A stretch of DNA of 64,000 nucleotides from Eledone cirrhosa. Its lineage: Eukaryota. A model generated the notes under the pieces. The model was not told where the DNA came from. It did not search any database and was given only the letters and a program-made list of their open reading frames with translations. This document shows, in pieces, positions 55,834-64,000 of the stretch (position 1 is the first letter of the stretch; every line of letters begins with the position of its first letter). The stretch is taken from positions 5,766,001 to 5,830,000 of the forward strand of contig OZ024742.1 in NCBI GenBank assembly GCA_964016885.1. Direction: 5' to 3'. A program made the position numbers and the translations under genes.

Positions 55834-58800
55834 TGGAGGGGCAGAACAGACTGGCACAACTACCATACTATATATTTAGATCTGGAGGTGGAACTACAGA
55901 TTGGCACAACTACCATACTATATATTTAGATCTGGAGGTGGAACTACAGACTGGCACAACTACCATACTATATATTTAGATCTGGAGGTGGAACTACAGA
56001 CTGGCACAACTACCATACTATATATTTAGATCTGGAGGTGGAACTACAGACTGGCACAACTACCATACTATATATTTAGATCTGGAGGTGGAACTACAGA
56101 CTGGCACAACTACCATACTATATATTTAGATCTGGAGGTGGAACTACAGACTGGCACAACTACCATACTATATATTTAGATCTGGAGGTGGAACTACAGA
56201 CTGGCACAACTACCATACTATATATTTAGATCTGGAGGTGGAACTACAGACTGGCACAACTACCATACTATATATTTAGATCTGGAGGTGGAACTACAGA
56301 CTGGCACAACTACCATACTATATATTTAGATCTGGAGGTGGAACTACAGACTGGCACAACTACCCTACTATATATTTAGATCTGGAGGTGGAACTACAGA
56401 CTGGCACAACTACCATACTATATATTTAGATCTAGAGGTGGAAGAACAGCCTGGCACAACTACCATACTATATATTTAGATCTAGAGGTGGAACTACAGC
56501 CTGGCACAAATACCATACTATATATTTAGATCTGGATGGGCAGAACATCCTGGCACAACTATCATACTATATATTTAGATCTGGAGGGGTAGAACAGCCT
56601 GGCACAACTACCATACTATATATTTAGATCTGGAGGGGCAGAACAGCCTGGCACAACTACCATACGATATATTTAGATCTGGAGGGGCAGAACAACCTGG
56701 CACAACTACAATATATATATTTAGATCTGGAGGGGCAGAACAGCCTGGCACAACTACCATACTATATATTAAGATCTAGAGGGGCAGAACAGGCTAGCAT
56801 AACTACCATACTATATATTTATATCTGGAGGGGCAGAACAACCTGGAACAACTACCATACTATATATTTAGATCTGGAGAGGCAGAACAGTCTGGCACAA
56901 CTACCATACTATATATTTAGATCTGGAGGGGCTGAACAGCCTGGCACAACTACCATACTATATATTTAGATCTGGAGGGGCTGAACAGCAAGGCACAACT
57001 ACCATAATATATATTTAGATCTGGACGGGCAGAACAACCTGGAACAACTACCATACTATATATTTAGATCTGGAGAGGCAGAACAGTCTGGCACAACTAC
57101 CATACTATATATTTAGATCTGGAGGGGCTGAACAGCAAGGCACAACTACCATAATATATATTTAGATCTGTAGGGGCAGAAGAGCCTGCCACAACTACCA
57201 TATTATATATTTAGATCTGGAGGGGTAGAACAGCTTGGCACAATTACCATACTATATATTTAGATCTGGAGGGGCAGAACAGTCTGGCACAACTACCATA
57301 CTATATATTTAGATCTGGAGGGGCAGAAGAGCCTGGCACAACTACCATACTATATATTTAAATCTGGAAGGGCAGAACAGCTTGGCACAACTACCATACT
57401 ATATATTTAGATCTGGAGGTGGGAGTACAGCCTGGCACAACTACCATACTATATATTTAGATCTGGAGGTGGGAGTACAGCCTGGCACAACTACCATACT
57501 ATATATTTAGATCTGGAGGTGGGAGTACAGCCTGGCACAACTACCATACTATATATTTAGATCTGGAGGTAGAAGAAGGTCCTGGTACAACTACCATACT
57601 ATATATTTATATCTGGCGGTGGGAGTACAGCCTGGCATAACTACCATACTATATATTTAGATCTGGAGGGGCAGAACAGCCTGGCACAACTACCAAACTA
57701 TATATTTAGATCTGGAGGTGGAAGAAGAGCCTGGCATAACTACCATACTAAATATTTAGATCCGGAGGTGGGAGTACAGCCTGGCACAACTACCATACTA
57801 TATATTTAGATCGGGAGGGGCAGAACAGCTTGGCACAACTACCATACCATATATTTAGATCTGGAGGGGCTGAACAGCATGGCACAACTACCATAATATA
57901 TATTTAGATCTGTAGGGGCAGAAGAGCCTGGCACAACTACCATACTATATATTTAGATCTGGAGGGTTAGAACAGCTTGGCACAATTACCATACTATATA
58001 TTTAGATCTGGAGGGGCAGAAGAGCCTTGCACAACTACCATACTATATATTTAAATCTGGAAGGGCAGAACAGCTTGGCACAACTACCATACTATATATT
58101 TCGATCTGGAGGTGGGAGTACAGCCTGGCACAGCTACCATACTATATATTTAGATCTGGAGGTGGGAGTACAGCCTGGCACAACTACCATACTATATATT
58201 TAGATTGGGAGGGGCAGAATTGCATAACACAACTACCATACTAAATATTTAGATCTGGAGGTGGAAGTAAAGCCTGGCACAATTACCATACTATATATTT
58301 AGATCTGGAGGTATAACTACAGACGGGCACAACTACCATACTATATATTTAGATCTGGAGGGGCTGAACAGCAAGGCACAGCTACCATAATATATATTTA
58401 GATATGTAGGGGCAGAAGAGCCTGGCACAACTACCATACTATATATTTAGATCTGGAGGGGTAGAACAGCTTGGCACAAGTACCATACTATATATTTAGA
58501 TCTGGAGGGGCAGAACAGTCTGGCACAACTACCATACTATATATTTAGATCTGGAGGGGCAGATGAGCCTGGCACAACTACCATACTATATATTTAGATC
58601 TGGAGGGGTAGAACAGCTTGGCACAATTACCATACTATATATTTAGATCTGGAGGGGCAGAACAGTCTGGCACAACTACCATACTATATATTTAGACCTG
58701 GAGGGGCAGAAGAGCTTGGCACAACTACCATACTATATATTTAAATCTGGAAGGGCAGAAGAGCTTGGCACAACTACCATACTATATATTTAGATCTGGA

Positions 58801-61800
58801 GGTGGGAGTACAGCCTGGCACAACTACCATACTATATATTTAGGTCTGGAGGTGGGAGTACAGCCTGGCACAACTACCATACTATATATTTAGATCTGGA
58901 TGTGGGAGTACAGCCTGGCACAACTACCATACTATATATTTAGATCTGGAGGTAGAAGAAGTGCCTGGCACAACTACCATACTATATATTTAGATCTAGA
59001 GGTGGGAGTACAGATTGGCACAACTACCATACTATATATTCATATCTGGCGGTGGAAGAACAACCTGGCATAACTACCATACTATATATTTAGATCCGGA
59101 GGTGGGAGTACAGCCTGGCACAACTACCATACGATATATTTAGATCTGGAGGGGCAGAACAACCTGGCACAACTACAATATATATATTTAGATCTGGAGG
59201 GGCAGAACAGCCTGGCACAACTACCATACTATCTATTAAGATCTAGAGGGGCAGAACAGACTAGCATAACTACCATACTATATATTTATATCTGGAGGGG
59301 CAGAACAGCTTGGCACAACTACCATAATATATATTTAGATCTGGACGGGCAGAACAACCTGGAACAACTACCATACTATATATTTAGATCTGGAGAGGCA
59401 GAACAGTCTGGCACAATTACCATACTATATATTTAGATCTGGAGGGGCTGAACAGCAAGGCACAACTACCATAATATATATTTAGATCTGTAGGGGCAGA
59501 AGAGCCTGCCACAACTACCATACTATATATTTAGATCTGGAGGGGTAGAACAGCTTGGCACAATTACCATACTATATATTTAGATCTGGAGGGGCAGAAC
59601 AGTCTGGCACAACTACCATACTATATATTTAGATCTGGAGGGGCAGAAGAGCCTGGCACAACTACCATACTATATATTTAAATCTGGAAGGGCAGAACAG
59701 CTTGGCACAACTACCATACTATATATTTAGATCTGGAGGTGGGAGTACAGCCTGGCACAACTACCATACTATATATTTAGATCTGGAGGTGGGAGTACAG
59801 CCTGGCACAACTACCATACTATATATTTAGATCTGGAGGTAGAAGAAGGTCCTGGCACAACTACCATACTATATATTTATATCTGGCGGTGGGAGTACAG
59901 CCTGGCATAACTACCATACTAAATATTTAGATCCGGAGGTGGGAGTACAGCCTGGCACAACTACCATACTATATATTTAGATCAGGAGGGGCAGAACAGC
60001 TTGGCACAACTACCATACTATATATTTAGATCTGGAGGGGCTGAACAGCATGGCACAACTACCATAATATATATTTAGATCTGTAGGGGCAGAAGAGCCT
60101 GGCACAACTACCATACTATATATTTAGATCTGGAGGGTTAGAACAGCTTGGCACAATTACCATACTATATATTTAGATCTGGAGGGGCAGAAGAGCCTTG
60201 CACAACTACCATACTATATATTTAAATCTAGAAGGGCAGAACATCTTGGCACAACTACCATACTATATATTTCGATCTGGAGGTGGGAGTACAGCCTGGC
60301 ACAGCTACCATACTATATATTTAGATCTGGAGGTGGGAGTACAGCCTTGCACAACTACCATACTATATATTTAGATCTGGAGGTGGGAGTACAGCCTGGC
60401 ACAACTACCATACTATATATTTAGATCTGGAGGTGAGAGTACAGCCTGGCACAACTACCATACTATATATTTAGATTGGGAGGGGCAGAACAGCATAACA
60501 CAACTACCATACTAAATATTTAGATCTGGAGGTGGAAGTAAAGCCTGGCACAACTACCATACTATATATTTAGATCTGGAGGTATAACTACAGACGGGCA
60601 CAACTACCATACTATATATTTAGATCTGGAGGGGCTGAACAGCAAGGCACAACTACCATAATATATATTTAGATATGTAGGGGCAGAAGAGCCTGGCACA
60701 ACTACCATACAATATATTTAGATCGGGAGGGGTAGAACAGCTTGGCACAAGTACCATACTATATATTTAGATCTGGAGGGGCAGAACAGTCTGGCACAAC
60801 TACCATACTATATATTTAGATCTGGAGGGGCAGATGAGCCTGGCACAACTACCATACTATATATTTAGATCTGGAGGGGTAGAACAGCTTGGCACAATTA
60901 CCATACTATATATTTAGATCTGGAGGGGCAGAACAGTCTGGCACAACTACCATACTATATATTTAGACCTGGAGGGGCAGAAGAGCTTGGCACAACTACC
61001 ATACTATATATTTAAATCTGGAAGGGCAGAACAGCTTGGCACAACTACCATACTATATATTTAGATCTGGAGGTGGGAGTACAGCCTGGCACAACTACCA
61101 TACTATATATTTAGGTCTGGAGGTGGGAGTACAGCCTGGCACAACTACCATACTATATATTTAGATCTGGATGTGGGAGTACAGCCTGGCACAACTACCA
61201 TAATATATATTTAGATCTGGAGGTAGAAGAAGTGCCTGGCACAACTACCATACTATATATTTAGATCTGGAGGTGGGAGTACAGATTGGCACAACTACCA
61301 TACTATATATTCATATCTGGCGGTGGAAGAACAACCTGGCATAACTACCATACTATATATTTAGATTCGGAGGTGGGAGTACAGCCTGGCACAACTACCA
61401 TACTATATATTTAGATCGGGAGGGGAAGAACAGCATAACACAACTACCATACTAAATATTTAGATCTGGAGGTGGGAGTAAAGCCTGGCACAACTACAAT
61501 ACTATATATTTAGATCTGGAGGTAGAAGAAGAGCCTGGAACAACTACCATACTATATATTTAGATCTGGAGGTGTAACTACAGACTGGCACAACTACCAT
61601 ACTATATATTTAGATCTGGAGAGGCAGAACAACCTGGCACAACTACCATATATATATTTAGATCTGGAGGGGCAGAACAGCCTGGCACAACTACCATACT
61701 ATATATTTAGATCTAGAGGGGCAGAACAGCCTGGCATAACTACCATACTATATATTTAGATCTGGAGGGGCAGAACAGCTTGGCACAACTACCATACTAT

Positions 61801-64000
61801 ATATTTAGATCTGGAGGGGCTGAAGAGCATGGCACAACTACCATAATATATATTTAGATCTGTAGGGGCAGAAGAGCCTGGCACAACTACCATACTATAT
61901 ATTTAGATCTGGAGGGGTAGAACAGCTTGGCACAATTACCATACTATATATTTAGATCTGGAGGGGCAGAACAGCTTGGCATAACTACCATACTATATAT
62001 TTAGATCTGGAGGGGCAGAACAGTCTGGCACAACTACCATACCATATATTTAGATTTGGAGGTGGGAGTACAGCCTGGCACAACTACCATACTATATATT
62101 TAGATCTGGAGGTGGGAGTACAGCCTGGCACAACTACCATACTATATATTTAGATCTGGAGGTGGGAGTACAGCCTGGCACAACTACCATACTATATATT
62201 TAGATTTGGAGGTGGGAGTACAGCCTTGCACAACTACCATACTATATATTTAGATCGGGAGGGGCAGAACAGCATAACACAACTACCATACTAAATATTT
62301 AGATCTGGAGGTGGCAGTACAGCCTGGCACAACTACCATCCTATATATTTAGATCTGGAGGTGGAAGAAGAGCCTGGCACAACTACCATACTAAATATTT
62401 AGATCGGGAGGGGCAGAACAGCATAACACAACTACCAAACTATATATTTAGATCCGGAGGTGGAGGTACAGCCTTGCACAACTACCATAATATATATTTA
62501 AATCTGGAAGGGCAGAATAGCTTGGCACAACTACCATACTATATATTTAGATCTGGAGTTGGGAGTACAGCCTGGCACAACTACCATACTATATATTTAG
62601 ATCTGGAGGTAGAAGAAGAGCCTGGCACAACTACCATACTATATATTTAGATCTGGAGGTGTAACTACAGACTGGCACAACTACCATACTATATATTTAG
62701 ATCTAGAGGTGGAAGAAGAGCCTGGCAGAAATACCATACTATATATTTAGATCTGGAGGGGCAGAACAGCCTGGCACAACTACCATACGATATATTTAGA
62801 TCTGGAGGGGCAGAAGAGCCTGGCACAACTACCATACTATATATTTAGATCTGGAGGGGAAGAACAGCCTGGTACAACTACCATACTATATATTTAGATC
62901 TGGAGGGGCAGAACAGCCTGGCACAACTACCATACTATATATTTAGATCTAGAGGGGCAGCACAGCCTGGCATAACTACCATACTATATATTTAAATCTG
63001 GAGGGGCATAACAGCCTGACACAACTACCATACTATATATTTAGATCTGGACGGGCAGAACAACCTGGAACAACTACCATACTATATATTTAGATCTGGA
63101 GAGGCAGAACAGTCTGGCACAACTACCATACTATATATTTAGTTCTGGAGGGGCTGAACAGCATGGCACAACTACCATAATATATATTTAGATCTGGAGG
63201 GGCAGAAGATTCTGGCACAATTACCATAATATATATTTAAATCTGGAGGGGCAGAACAGCTTGGCACAACTACCATACTATATATTTAGATCTGGAGGTA
63301 GAAGAAGAGCCTGGCACAACTACCATACTATATATTTAGATCTGGAGGTGTAACTACAGACTGGCACAACTACCATACTATATATTTAGATCTAGAGGTG
63401 GAAGAACAGCCTGGCACAAATACCATACTATATATTTAGATCTGGAGGGGCAGAACAGCCTGGCACAACTACCATACGATATATTTAGTTCTGGAGGGGC
63501 AGAAGAGCCTGGCACAACTACCATACTATATATTTAGATCTGGAGCGGCAGAACAACCTGGCACAACTAGAATATATATATTTAGATCTGGAGGGACAGA
63601 ACAGCCTGGCACAACTACCATACTATATATTTAGATCTAGAGGGGCAGAACAGGCTAGCATAACTACCATAATATATATTTATATCTGGAGGGGCAGAAC
63701 AGCTTGGCACAACTACCATAATATATATTTAGATCTGGAAGGGCAGAACAGCCTGGAACAACTACCATACTATATATTTAGATCTGGAGGGGCAGAACAG
63801 CCTGGCACAACTACCATACTATATATTTAGATCGGGAGGGGCAGAACAGCATAACACAAATACCATACTAAATATTTATATCTGGAGGTGGGAGTAAAGC
63901 CTGGCACTACTACCAAACTATATATTTAGATCGGGAGGTAGATGAAGAGCCTGGCACAACTACCATACTATATATTTAGATCTGGAGGTGTAACTAAAGA
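55834..64000. repeat. 49/50-bp tandem satellite, ~165 units, continuing past the window end
   Basis: Constant TGGCACAACTACCATACTATATATTTAGATCTGGAGG (37 bp, contains a BglII site) plus a 12-13-bp variable segment. Confidence 0.98.

Noticed and set aside
55834-64000. CRISPR array (37-bp repeat plus spacers)
   Set aside because: Variable segments are only 12-13 bp, homologous and recurrent; no cas genes; eukaryotic context

Overview
This is an AT-rich, repeat-dominated eukaryotic window with no recognisable host gene. The SINE families and microsatellite load suggest an octopus/cephalopod genome (inference). From left to right it contains: (1) 1-12.3 kb, decayed Penelope-like retroelements (RT and GIY-YIG remnants), three minimal hammerhead ribozymes with intact cores, two inverted-repeat pairs, a 2-kb GGT/GAT microsatellite and a 15-bp minisatellite; (2) 15.1-32.4 kb, a 17.3-kb array of a 26-bp unit that is a copy of the 'TVVEVSCPA' codons of the adjacent R4-like restriction-like endonuclease (RLE) remnant; (3) 35.4-55.2 kb, a chain of Tx1-like (APE-RT) and R4/Dong-like (RT-RLE) non-LTR retrotransposons separated by (TCTA)n or (TTA)n tracts, with orientation fixed by family; (4) 55.8 kb to the end, a 49/50-bp satellite with a 37-bp constant part and a 12-13-bp variable part. 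The strongest leads are the satellite derived from a retroelement nuclease motif and a frame-independent AGGTAAGT / pyrimidine tract / caacATG module at the ORF1-ORF2 junction of three divergent Tx1 families. All assignments come from reading motifs by eye; no database searches were run.
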